DNA of 64,000 bases from Flavobacteriales bacterium (GTDB taxonomy: Bacteria; Bacteroidota; Bacteroidia; Flavobacteriales_F; PHOS-HE28). The first letter of the stretch is position 1. Each line of letters opens with the position of its first letter. Positions 10,309 to 19,613 of the stretch are shown one piece after another. Location: NCBI GenBank assembly GCA_016700415.1, contig CP065018.1:2389894-2453893 (forward strand), in the 5' to 3' direction. The translations under genes were made by a program, and so were the position numbers. The notes beneath the pieces are model-generated. The model ran no database searches and had not been told where the DNA came from. It saw nothing but the letters and a program-made list of their open reading frames with translations.

Positions 10309-10710
10309 TCACTTAACCTCCTGACAAAGCTCCACCAACACCCCGTTGGCGCTCTTCGGATGCACGAAGCACACCAACTTATTGTCCGCCCCGCGCTTGG
10401 GTTCGTCGTTAAGCAGAACGAACCCTTCAGCTTTCAGTCGCAGCATCTCGGCGCGGATATCGGCCACTTCGAAAGCGATATGGTGGATGCCTTCACCGCG
10501 CTTTTCAATGGCTTTGGCGATCGGGCCTTCCGCCCGGGTGCTTTCCAGCAACTCGATCTTGTTCGGCCCTACTTGGAAGAACGAGGTGATGACGCCTTCG
10601 CTGGCAACCTCCTCGCGTTTATAGCTGGGGCTTCCCAGCAAGGCGGCATAGATCTCCTCGGCCTTGGCCAGGTCTTTCACGGCGATACCGATGTGCTCAA
10701 TACGGATCAT
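10309..10710 (-). CDS. mce: methylmalonyl-CoA epimerase (glyoxalase/VOC family)
   Basis: 133 aa: MIRIEHIGIAVKDL…GEGIHHIAFEVADI…FVHPKSANGVLVEL, a typical MCE. Confidence 0.85.
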   Translation of the reverse strand: MIRIEHIGIAVKDLAKAEEIYAALLGSPSYKREEVASEGVITSFFQVGPNKIELLESTRAEGPIAKAIEKRGEGIHHIAFEVADIRAEMLRLKAEGFVLLNDEPKRGADNKLVCFVHPKSANGVLVELCQEVK

Positions 10711-10793
10711 GGTGGAAAGTTAGGCCGGACAGTTCTGCCGTTCAGCAAAAGACCCCGCCGAAGCGAGGTCCTGCATTCCGATCAAAGTCACCT

Positions 10794-11591
10794 TTATCGC
10801 TTGACGAAGGTGTCCCCCATCTTGTTGTCGTAGTTCAGGTAGTAGAGCCCGCGCTTCAGGTCGCTCACATCAACATCCGTGGAATAGCCGCGCTTCACGA
10901 TGTTGCCGAACTGGTCGTAGATCTCATAAAGGCTGCCCGCGCTGAGATGGATCTGCTCCGCCTTCTTGTCGTAGGCCCAGGTCACCACAGGAACCGAAGG
11001 GTCGGTGTAGGCCGCGTTCTCACTGAAGCGCGAACGCTTGGACATGTCGGTCTGCTTCACCCGGTAGATGTTCTCTCCGCTGTGGGGCACCACCTTGAAG
11101 GAATACGAATGTTCACCGGGGGTCCCGTTACCCATCACTTCCCCTACCCGGATCCACTTGTTCCAGCGCTTCTCTTGCACCACAAAGGGCAGCTCACCTG
11201 TCTCATTGGAGGTGGTCCACGAATAGGTGCCTTCCGTGGAAACACCCTGCTTCACGATATCAAAGGTGCTTTTCGGCTTGAGCACCTCCGGGTTCAACAC
11301 CTTGGGGGTGCAACCGTCCTTGTGCATGATCTTGATCATCACCTTGTCGCCCACCTTGAACCCGAAGTTGGCCAGATCGATCTCGAAAGCACTGGAATTG
11401 ATCTCATCGGTGGCCACCTTGTCGTTCACCGTCACCTGATAGACACAAAAGCCCACGCCAGCTTCGGAAAACGGATTTTGGACGAAGATGTTCTTGCCCT
11501 GGTAATTGCCGTCCAGCACGATGGTGCCTGCCTGCGCGAACAGACCGACGAGCAAGGCACCAAGGAGAAAGAGATGTCGAAGCTTCAGCAT
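10794..11591 (-). CDS. secreted hypothetical protein with T9SS type-A C-terminal sorting domain
   Basis: A signal peptide (MLKLRHLFLLGALLVGLFAQAG) is followed by a C-terminal ~80 aa with the Por-secretion tail pattern (…GLYYLNYDNKMGDTFVKR). Confidence 0.7.
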   Translation of the reverse strand: MLKLRHLFLLGALLVGLFAQAGTIVLDGNYQGKNIFVQNPFSEAGVGFCVYQVTVNDKVATDEINSSAFEIDLANFGFKVGDKVMIKIMHKDGCTPKVLNPEVLKPKSTFDIVKQGVSTEGTYSWTTSNETGELPFVVQEKRWNKWIRVGEVMGNGTPGEHSYSFKVVPHSGENIYRVKQTDMSKRSRFSENAAYTDPSVPVVTWAYDKKAEQIHLSAGSLYEIYDQFGNIVKRGYSTDVDVSDLKRGLYYLNYDNKMGDTFVKR

Positions 11592-11676
11592 TGCGGGTGG
11601 TGTATAGAAGGCCGAAATATACGGCAGATGTCGGGACTGCCCGCCAATTTCGGGCCATGCTATCAGCAGATAAGCG

Positions 11677-12204
11677 TCACGCTGGGGATTTTACATGCAC
11701 GGCCGTAGCCATCTTATTCACGTCTTCCAAGGTGAAAGGGGTGCCGTCATCCGCATCCTCAATGTGAAAAATGCGACCGTCCGCAGTGACCGATCGGTCG
11801 AAATGATAGAATACCAACGCGGTATCATCGGGAAATTCAGACCTGTAGATGATCAGTTCGGGCTTTTCTTCCACAATGGTGTTCTTTTTCAACAGATCGC
11901 GGTCCAGGTCGGCCTTCAAACGTTCCATGTCGGCGGGCGCTTCCGAGATCTCGATGGCAAAATGATCACCTGCCCGCACCGCCAGCTTACCGATCTCATC
12001 CTTCCAGACCAAGGTGGGCACCGGTGCCCCGGTCGGCATCTCCAGCACCAAGGGCATGTGATATTCGGCCAGGTCGACCGTAGCCGCCGCGCGGGCGCTG
12101 TCGGCCGCAGCGGCCATCTGCTTGGCGGCATCGGATTTACCGTCGCCGCAAGCGTTCATCAACAATGCCGTGCCAAGGACGGCGGAAGGGAAAAGTGCTT
12201 TCAT
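11677..12204 (-). CDS. hypothetical lipoprotein
   Basis: Internal start MKALFPSAVLGTALLMNACGDGK (lipobox). The upstream 38 codons of the track ORF are regarded as an extension. Confidence 0.5.
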   Translation of the reverse strand: MKALFPSAVLGTALLMNACGDGKSDAAKQMAAAADSARAAATVDLAEYHMPLVLEMPTGAPVPTLVWKDEIGKLAVRAGDHFAIEISEAPADMERLKADLDRDLLKKNTIVEEKPELIIYRSEFPDDTALVFYHFDRSVTADGRIFHIEDADDGTPFTLEDVNKMATAVHVKSPA

Positions 12205-12271
12205 GCGGCGAAGGTATACGCGGGTCCGGGCCTTCGAGTTCGCCCGGCCATCCGCCTTCGCTGGGCACCGG

Positions 12272-13252
12272 TCAATGCACCACCTCGAACCGCAATGGAG
12301 CCACCTCGGGGCGGTCAATTTGACGCAGGATATAGACTCCTGAATGCAAGCCGCTCACATCGATGCCGTGCCCATACTGCGATGCGGTCATTATGGACCG
12401 ACCATCAAGGCTGTGTACCATAAGCGTCCCCTTCGGAACGGGTCCATCAACATGAAGCCGGTCGCTCGCGGGATTGGGCCAGGCTTGCCATTGTACAGAC
12501 GGGATCTCATCCACGCCTAACCCTAAGAAAGGGGACATCCCATAGCTGCCAATGAACTCCACAGCACAGTCAGGCTGCACCGAGAATTTCCAATAATATC
12601 TCCCACCGCAACCAGCGGGGCAATCCCCCCAACCGTATCCGAAAGTGATCTCAATATGATCGGAATACACGGAGTCGGTGATCTGGTCTCCATCACCGGC
12701 GCTGCCACTCGCATTCGCAAAAGCCACGTCAGGCAACTGCCCGAACCGATCAGCCAAGGCAAGGGTATTGCAATTGGTACCGGTGCTGAAGGAGATCACC
12801 CTATTCGCACCTGGTGCCCAGGAGGAAAAATGGTATTCTACCACATCATACTGCTGCATAAGCCCGTTCAGAGCAGTGTTTCCAGTGGGGAGGTTGCCGG
12901 CTTCGAGCTGATGGACCCAGGCCAAGGTGGAATCCACTATAACGGATATTGTTCTCAGCGGTATGATCGGATAGATGTGCATATCCAATAGGTCCACCAC
13001 GGTATCGCGTTCCGGCGAAGTGGAGTTGTACACGGCGATCAAAGCGCCCAAGTTCGTTTGCGCCCATTCCGGGTTGATGTTCACCGAGTCCATCCATGTG
13101 CTACTGTACCGGAAGGTCTGGTCGATGGTCATACGGTCGGCATCGTCACGGTACCGCGCCAAGATCGAGTCGGGAGCTTCACAGAAATAGGGCTGGGCGA
13201 AGGAAGCCAAGTGAAGGCCGAGCAGTAGCAGGGTAATTGGAATGAGCTTCAT
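12272..13252 (-). CDS. secreted hypothetical protein with T9SS type-A C-terminal sorting domain
   Basis: A signal peptide (MKLIPITLLLLGLHLASFAQ) is followed by a C-terminal …WPNPASDRLHVDG…GLHSGVYILRQID… tail typical of T9SS CTDs. Confidence 0.7.
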   Translation of the reverse strand: MKLIPITLLLLGLHLASFAQPYFCEAPDSILARYRDDADRMTIDQTFRYSSTWMDSVNINPEWAQTNLGALIAVYNSTSPERDTVVDLLDMHIYPIIPLRTISVIVDSTLAWVHQLEAGNLPTGNTALNGLMQQYDVVEYHFSSWAPGANRVISFSTGTNCNTLALADRFGQLPDVAFANASGSAGDGDQITDSVYSDHIEITFGYGWGDCPAGCGGRYYWKFSVQPDCAVEFIGSYGMSPFLGLGVDEIPSVQWQAWPNPASDRLHVDGPVPKGTLMVHSLDGRSIMTASQYGHGIDVSGLHSGVYILRQIDRPEVAPLRFEVVH

Positions 13253-13329
13253 GGCCGTGGGTTTTGTATCCCGAAAGTAGTGGAAGCGCTTTCAGGAAAC
13301 CCTGCCGTTCCTCGTCCCGATCGTCTCGA

Positions 13330-16300
13330 TCACTTCCCCACTTCGATCCTCACCCCTTCGCTGTGCGAGGAAAACTCCGGCGCGTACATGCACATCGCCG
13401 TAGTGATGCCGTTGCTGAAGTCGCCCGCATGGGAGACGCGCAGGTCGTACTCGAAGACGTAGGTGCCGGGCCGGAGGTGGTCGAAGAAGAAGTCCGTGGC
13501 CGCATCGCGGGTGCTTTGGTAGTAGCCCAAGCCGCCTTGGTAGCGGTAGCCGCTGAGCGTTTCCGTGGGTTCCAGTCCGGCCGCGCGCAGGTCCTTCAAA
13601 TGCACGTAATCCATGGCGCGGTCGGTGCGCAGCTCGATGCGGACGGTAAGCTTATCACCGGGTTTCAGCGTACGGGCCTTGTCCAGTGCGATGAGCTTCG
13701 GACCCGCATCGGTCGGCTCGTTGAGCATCACCTGTTTCTTGACGCTGAACGGGCTTTCGGCGGAAGTGACCTTCTCCATCTGCTCGAAGTATTGCCAGTA
13801 GAGCGCTCCCCATGCGGCACGATCGGCGGTGGTGGTGATCGTCACATCGCCCATGTCGGGTTTGATGGCATCCGCGGCCCACATCTTCTGGAAGTAGCCT
13901 GTTCCGGCCTCCTGCTTTTCGGCAATGATCTTCTGCCCGCCCACGGTGATCACCGGGGCGTCCACAGGCTCCAGCCAGTTGTCTCCCGTGAGCAGCAGCG
14001 CATAGCAGGCTTCCGCCGTGGCCTTGGTGGTCTTCCAGTCGGTGGTCTGCTTCAGCTTCAGCAGGTATAGGCGCAGTTCGTTCACGCGGGCCTCGTCCTT
14101 GGCCACTTCGTGGAAAGCCTCGATCATCAGCGCGTGGGTCTCCGTGGGGAAATCCCACCAGTACCAGCCCGCGTTGAAGTTCTTCCAGTACATGCCCAAT
14201 TCCTCGCTGCGCGTGGCCCGTTCACCCAGCGACTTCATGATGAGCTGTGCCGTGGCATGATCGCCGAGGCGGTCCATGGCGAGCGCGATCATGGCCTGTT
14301 CCTGCAAGCCGAAGCTGAGCCAGGTCACGGCCAGTCGGCCCTTGTAGAACTCCACGGCTGTATTGGTGGTGCCGGTGATCGGCCAGCGTGAAAAAAAGCT
14401 GCGTGCATAGAGGTACTGCACCACGGAATGGTCGGGCGTGTACTCCATGCGCTCCGCCTTTGTGCTCCGCATTAACAACCGCTTGTAGTCAGAATCCACG
14501 TCTCTGTCCAGCCACTGTACCGCATTCTTCAACATCACCTGCGTCTGTCCGTCGGGACGGAGGTCCGCCGCGCCCAGCTTCTCCAAATGCCCGAAGCCCG
14601 ACACGATGCCCTGCGTTACCCAGCGCGACGGTTGCATGCCGGTGAACCACGGCCACGCTCCGTTGCTCAACTGTGCATCACGCAACTTTTTCAGGGCCAC
14701 GGCTTTCTCGTTGGCCATCCGCTGCATGTCGAAGAGCAAGGCGATGCGCTGCTTACTTTCCCTTTCACTACGGGCATTGAGCACCCACGGCGTTTCCGCC
14801 AGCACCACGTTCTTCAGTTCGCTGTTCTTCTCCAATTTGCTGAGGAATGCCTCCTCATTGCCTTCACCCTTCGCCGCCCATTGCACAAAGACCTGTTTGA
14901 TCGCCGGACGTTCGTCCACGATGTGCGATGCAAGGCTGTTGGCATAGAAGCGGCTGAAGACCTGCTCGCTGCATGCGTGCGGGTACTCCATCAGGTAGGG
15001 CAGCGCTTGCACGGCGTACCACGCGGGGTTGGGCGTGAACTCCAGTTTCAGGCTTTGGTTGCGCAGCGTGGAACTGGTGCTGTTCTTCAGCTTCTCCAGG
15101 GTGAAGGTCTTCGTGCCGGCCTTGCTGATCGGCAGCGGCAGGCTTTCGGTAACGAGCACGCGATCGGTGAGGATGGGCAGTGGTTTCTCCTCGCCATCGG
15201 TGAAGGAACCGGCCTTGGCACTGATCCGCACGCTGACCGCGCTCACGCCTTCCGGCACCTGGACATCCCACGCCACGGCAGCGCTCGCACCCGGTCCGGC
15301 GGTGAATGGAACGGTGTTGTTCTTCAGCCCGAAGCGATCGTTCAACGCCGCATTGGTGAAGGGGTCGAAGAGGTCCAGTGTGGCAATGCCGGTCACCGCC
15401 GCGCCTTCGATCACCGCCACTTTTGAGGTCAACGTGATCGCATCACCCTCGCGCAGGAAGCGCGGCAAATTCGGCGTCACCATCAAGGGCTTTTGCGTGA
15501 TCACTTCCTTGGTGAATTGCGCGGTCTTGAGGTCAGTGGTGTGGGTGAGCCCCATCAGCTTCCACCGGGTAAGCGCGTCCGGCATGGTGAATCGCAGGAT
15601 CACGCTGCCGTCCTTGTCGGTGAGCAGATCCGGCAGGAAGAAGGCTGTCTCGCGGAAATCCGTGCGGGTGGCGGGCGGTGGCGCATCCGCTACCGGTGGC
15701 GGCGGCGATGATGTCCCTTCATCCTTGGCGATGAGCGGCTCCTCAAGTTGTACCGTTTGGGCCTCTGTTGACTTGGCCATGGCACCTGTTACTGTCTCCT
15801 CGTTTTTGTCCATGAGCGAAATCACACCGGCGCTACGTGACGCGGTGCGATTCCTGTATCCGTAGCTCCCTTGCCATAGGTTGGCCCCGTACGTGTTCAA
15901 CTCCGGATAGATGTGGATCGTATCCGCAGGTAGTTGGAGGTTGCGCCACAGTTGGTCCCCGTTGCTCACGCCGAACGGCATGGGCTGCTCCCATCCCATG
16001 CGTGCGCTGTTCGTCGGCCATACGGACAGGTCCCATGCATGCGGAACGAAGTGGTCGAGCGAGGCATCGTACATGCCCGCGAGCAGTTGGGCGGCCACTT
16101 TCTCCCCTTTCGGGCCGGTGATCTTCAAGCGCCATTCCTCTTTCGCACCGGGCAGAAGCTTGTCGCGGAAGGTCATCCATTCCACATGCAGCTCCTTGTT
16201 GCTCCACGGCACGTTGATGTATACATCCTGGTTGTGCGAACGGCCGCGCTCCACGGAGATGAAGTGAACGGCGAAGCCGCCACGGTCCGCTTCCAGCACC

Positions 16301-19300
16301 GGTAGCTCCACGCGTTGTTGCCCGTCCTTTATCGTAAGCCAGCGCCGCACGGCGATCACGCCCTCGCGTTCCACCTCCATCAGGATGTGTGCTTCCGAAA
16401 GTGCAGAGCTCACCAACAGCACCGCCTTTTCGTCCGGCTCGGCTTTCGCTTTCACCGCTTCCACATGGAACGCTTCGTTGACAAAACCCGTGTGCTGCAC
16501 CGCCGGATCATAGACTGTCACTGCTTTCTGAACACGCACTGCATCGCCTTGAGCGTCCACGGCGCTCACTTCGATCAGGTAGCTGCCCACGTCCCAATCC
16601 GCAATTCCGGACAACACCATCGGTTTCCCATTGGCCAGCCATTCCTTCCGCTCCATCACCACGGCTTCCTTCGGCCAAGTGAGCGGATCGTTCTCATCGG
16701 CATGCTCGTCCTGCGGGAAGCGTTCCTTGAATTGTTCGGCGGTGAGCATGTGGCGGTCCGGCTGTTCCCACAACCGGTCGCGCAACGGCGTAAGCGGCGT
16801 CCGCAGCCGCGTGATGCGCACATCCATCGGCACGTCGAGCATGTTGCCGTTGAGGTCCTGCACGCTCACCACCAGGCTGTCCATGGTGGAACGGTCGAAA
16901 CCATCGCCGACGTTCAATGCGATGTCGATGCTGCGGTAGCCAACCGAAATGCTGGTACTGCTGCTTTGCGTTTCGCCGTTCACGTCGGTGATGTTGGCCT
17001 CCACGCTGAACGTGAACGTGGGATCGGCCTTGCGTGAAATGGCTGCATCGGCCTCGGCAAGAAAGCTGATGCTGAAGTTGCCGTTGGCGTCCGCTTCCGC
17101 CGTACCGCTGGCGATCTCCGTAGACCTTTCCCAGGGGATGAACGAGCGCCAATACCTGCCGCACCACCATGGCATGCGCGCTTCACGCCTTACCGTCCAA
17201 TGGACTTGCGCACCGTCCAGGGGTACGCCGGCGTAGCTCTTCGCAAGGCCATGCACGGTGGCGGTCCCGTTCAATTTCGCGACATTGACGGCCTTGGCGG
17301 TATCGCTCTTCGGAAAAAGCACCTCGAACATGGGGCGCTTGTACTCCTCCACTTGGATGTACCGGCTGCCGAACTCTTCTTGGATGCGCATGCTGCCGGT
17401 GAGCGTTCCCTGCGGCGCTGTGAACCGGCCATGGCATGCCCCGAACGCATCCGTGGTCACCGCTGCGGAATCGATCAACTGGCCGTTCACATCAAAGAAG
17501 CGGACCGTGGTCCTGTATCCTGGCTTCACCACGGTGGTCTTGCCCCGTTTCACGGAAACGATGCCCTTGAACATCACCGGTTGGCCGGGGCGATAGATGG
17601 CGCGGTCGGTGAAGAGGAAGGTGCGGAGCGTGTCGCGCACATTTCCTCTGTCGTAGTAACGGTAGTAGTAGCTGCCGGGGGTCGCAAGGCGATCTTTCCC
17701 TAAGGTGACCACCCAGCGCTGCTGTCCGGGCCGGTCATTCGGCGCGGCGACCTCGGCCATGCCTTCAGCACCCGTGATGGCTGAACCGATACTGATGTCA
17801 CGCAAGCCACCGTTCTGATAGAACTGTGAGAAGAGCTCCGCTTTGGCACCCTCCACGGGCGTACCGCTCTCGCGGTCCATCACCAGCACGGCTGGTTTGC
17901 CTTTTGCAGTGGAGCGCTGTGCCAGGGACAAGCGGGTCACCTGCACCTCTGTGATCACGATGATGCCGTTGTCATTCGGTAGTGACCTGTCCGAGGCGAT
18001 GATGCTGTAGCTGCCGATCGAGAGCGGCTCCACCGGGACATCCACTAGATGCCCATTGAGGTCACCGTCGTCCGGCAGCTCCATGTTCCATTCGCGCAGC
18101 ACGGGCAGTCCCAAGATCCGCTTCAGGTCTTCCTGGTCCCGGTATCCGCGTCGCTCATCCCGCTTTGCATCATCCTTCACGATGCGCAGCCACAGGTGTG
18201 AGGTGTTGGTGTAGCTGACGGAGACCCGGAATGGCATGTTCGGCGTTGCGGCCTCCTCCGCGTTCACCTGCAAGGATGGCTGCGTCCACTGGGCGATCAA
18301 GGCCTTGGCGCGTTTGGAGGCGAAAGGTTCCTGTTGGTGCGAGGCGATCTCGCGGCAGATGTCAACGGCGGTCTTCCTTTCCCACTTGAACGCGCTGTCC
18401 GGCGCGAGCCTTTGGTAGTTGGCGGTTTGGTCCGCATGCCATTGCGCAATGGCGAGCATCACCGCGCTTTTCTCCTCACCGGCCAAGAGCGTGGTGCTCT
18501 GTGCCTGCAGCGCCTTGAGGTAGAGGCTGTCCTTGTCCGGAAGCGTGCTGTTGGCGCGGGCGAAGGCGAGCCGGTCGAGGGTGACATCCGTGAGCGCGGC
18601 TTGGCGGCCGTCCTTGAGATGCAATGCGGTGAGCCGCTGGTAGAGCCGCAGCGCCTGCCATTCCCAAGCGGTGCTATCGCGGGTTGCGAAGCTCGCCGAG
18701 GCGAATTCGGGTGCTGATGCGAAGGCGTTCGGACCATCGAGCTTAAAGCGCCATGCCGGTTCCGCCAAGCGCGTTTCGCTGTTCTGGAAAACCTCCAGTG
18801 CCCGGCGGGCGAGCACATCAAAGAGCGTTGGCCGCAACGCGGTATCAGCATGGGCGGGCTCCAACAAGGCGCCCAATTCACCCACGGGGATCTTCGCCAA
18901 GTCTTCCGCCGGTTCCAACGATGCGATGTACTGGTCGATCACCTTTTGCATAAAGGCGACTTGGTCCCAGGTCTCCGGGTCGTCGGTGGCCTCATCCATG
19001 TTGGTGCGGTCGAGCACCTTCCAGCGGTTCTGCTGATAGTAGCCCCACCATTGATCGGCGGCCACGCTGAGCAACAGTTGCTTCAGGGGAGTTTCCGCGT
19101 TGTTCCTTGCGGAATCCAGCTTGGCGAGCACCTGCACGGCATCACCACCGGTAAAGCGCATGAACCTCGCGGAGTACATCCAGGCGCGGAACTCCGTGCG
19201 CCAGTCGTGTGCGGCGCGTGCTTCGGCCAAGATCACCTCCGTGGCTTTCAGGGCCGATGCGAACTGGCCGATATTGCTGAGCGAGTCCACGGCGGCCCAG

Positions 19301-19413
19301 CGCGGGTCGCTCTTCCCATGGGGCCTGTTGACCGCTTTCTGTGTGGAGGCGCAGCCCAGCATTACAACAAGCGCGGCGGCCGTGCCGAAAAGGATCTTGC
19401 GGGCGTGTCGCAT
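13330..19413 (-). CDS. alpha-2-macroglobulin family lipoprotein (bacterial A2M)
   Basis: ~2027 aa from internal ATG at 19413 (MRHARKILFGTAAALVVMLGCAS; lipobox). It has the MG-domain-rich architecture, a thioester-type motif (HACSEQ, CxEQ) and a C-terminal receptor-binding-like domain. Confidence 0.9.
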   Translation of the reverse strand: MRHARKILFGTAAALVVMLGCASTQKAVNRPHGKSDPRWAAVDSLSNIGQFASALKATEVILAEARAAHDWRTEFRAWMYSARFMRFTGGDAVQVLAKLDSARNNAETPLKQLLLSVAADQWWGYYQQNRWKVLDRTNMDEATDDPETWDQVAFMQKVIDQYIASLEPAEDLAKIPVGELGALLEPAHADTALRPTLFDVLARRALEVFQNSETRLAEPAWRFKLDGPNAFASAPEFASASFATRDSTAWEWQALRLYQRLTALHLKDGRQAALTDVTLDRLAFARANSTLPDKDSLYLKALQAQSTTLLAGEEKSAVMLAIAQWHADQTANYQRLAPDSAFKWERKTAVDICREIASHQQEPFASKRAKALIAQWTQPSLQVNAEEAATPNMPFRVSVSYTNTSHLWLRIVKDDAKRDERRGYRDQEDLKRILGLPVLREWNMELPDDGDLNGHLVDVPVEPLSIGSYSIIASDRSLPNDNGIIVITEVQVTRLSLAQRSTAKGKPAVLVMDRESGTPVEGAKAELFSQFYQNGGLRDISIGSAITGAEGMAEVAAPNDRPGQQRWVVTLGKDRLATPGSYYYRYYDRGNVRDTLRTFLFTDRAIYRPGQPVMFKGIVSVKRGKTTVVKPGYRTTVRFFDVNGQLIDSAAVTTDAFGACHGRFTAPQGTLTGSMRIQEEFGSRYIQVEEYKRPMFEVLFPKSDTAKAVNVAKLNGTATVHGLAKSYAGVPLDGAQVHWTVRREARMPWWCGRYWRSFIPWERSTEIASGTAEADANGNFSISFLAEADAAISRKADPTFTFSVEANITDVNGETQSSSTSISVGYRSIDIALNVGDGFDRSTMDSLVVSVQDLNGNMLDVPMDVRITRLRTPLTPLRDRLWEQPDRHMLTAEQFKERFPQDEHADENDPLTWPKEAVVMERKEWLANGKPMVLSGIADWDVGSYLIEVSAVDAQGDAVRVQKAVTVYDPAVQHTGFVNEAFHVEAVKAKAEPDEKAVLLVSSALSEAHILMEVEREGVIAVRRWLTIKDGQQRVELPVLEADRGGFAVHFISVERGRSHNQDVYINVPWSNKELHVEWMTFRDKLLPGAKEEWRLKITGPKGEKVAAQLLAGMYDASLDHFVPHAWDLSVWPTNSARMGWEQPMPFGVSNGDQLWRNLQLPADTIHIYPELNTYGANLWQGSYGYRNRTASRSAGVISLMDKNEETVTGAMAKSTEAQTVQLEEPLIAKDEGTSSPPPPVADAPPPATRTDFRETAFFLPDLLTDKDGSVILRFTMPDALTRWKLMGLTHTTDLKTAQFTKEVITQKPLMVTPNLPRFLREGDAITLTSKVAVIEGAAVTGIATLDLFDPFTNAALNDRFGLKNNTVPFTAGPGASAAVAWDVQVPEGVSAVSVRISAKAGSFTDGEEKPLPILTDRVLVTESLPLPISKAGTKTFTLEKLKNSTSSTLRNQSLKLEFTPNPAWYAVQALPYLMEYPHACSEQVFSRFYANSLASHIVDERPAIKQVFVQWAAKGEGNEEAFLSKLEKNSELKNVVLAETPWVLNARSERESKQRIALLFDMQRMANEKAVALKKLRDAQLSNGAWPWFTGMQPSRWVTQGIVSGFGHLEKLGAADLRPDGQTQVMLKNAVQWLDRDVDSDYKRLLMRSTKAERMEYTPDHSVVQYLYARSFFSRWPITGTTNTAVEFYKGRLAVTWLSFGLQEQAMIALAMDRLGDHATAQLIMKSLGERATRSEELGMYWKNFNAGWYWWDFPTETHALMIEAFHEVAKDEARVNELRLYLLKLKQTTDWKTTKATAEACYALLLTGDNWLEPVDAPVITVGGQKIIAEKQEAGTGYFQKMWAADAIKPDMGDVTITTTADRAAWGALYWQYFEQMEKVTSAESPFSVKKQVMLNEPTDAGPKLIALDKARTLKPGDKLTVRIELRTDRAMDYVHLKDLRAAGLEPTETLSGYRYQGGLGYYQSTRDAATDFFFDHLRPGTYVFEYDLRVSHAGDFSNGITTAMCMYAPEFSSHSEGVRIEVGK

Positions 19414-19613
19414 CAAGTACTGCCCCAACCGCTGGATCGGCCGGGCATCGGGCCAAAGTTCGCCATTCATGCCGGGCCGTACACCTTGAGGGGACATTGG
19501 TTCAATGTGCGTCTTTTCATTTCGGGCCGATCGGTCCGGGCAACTTGAAGCAACTTGTAGGCCGCGCAATAGGTCTTAGCTTGGGGGTCCGAAACCGAAG
19601 GTCCCCGATCACC

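Noticed and set aside
14587-17703. Multiple 100-280-aa ORFs on + strand (14587..15426, 15029..15865, 16315..17037, 17200..17703, 18850..19548)
   Set aside because: All lie within and antisense to the 6-kb A2M gene. The A2M reading frame is continuous and strongly supported.
19341-19613. N-terminal 91 codons of ORF 19341..23486
   Set aside because: They overlap the A2M gene start on the opposite strand. A signal peptide begins only at ~19614, which is chosen as the start.
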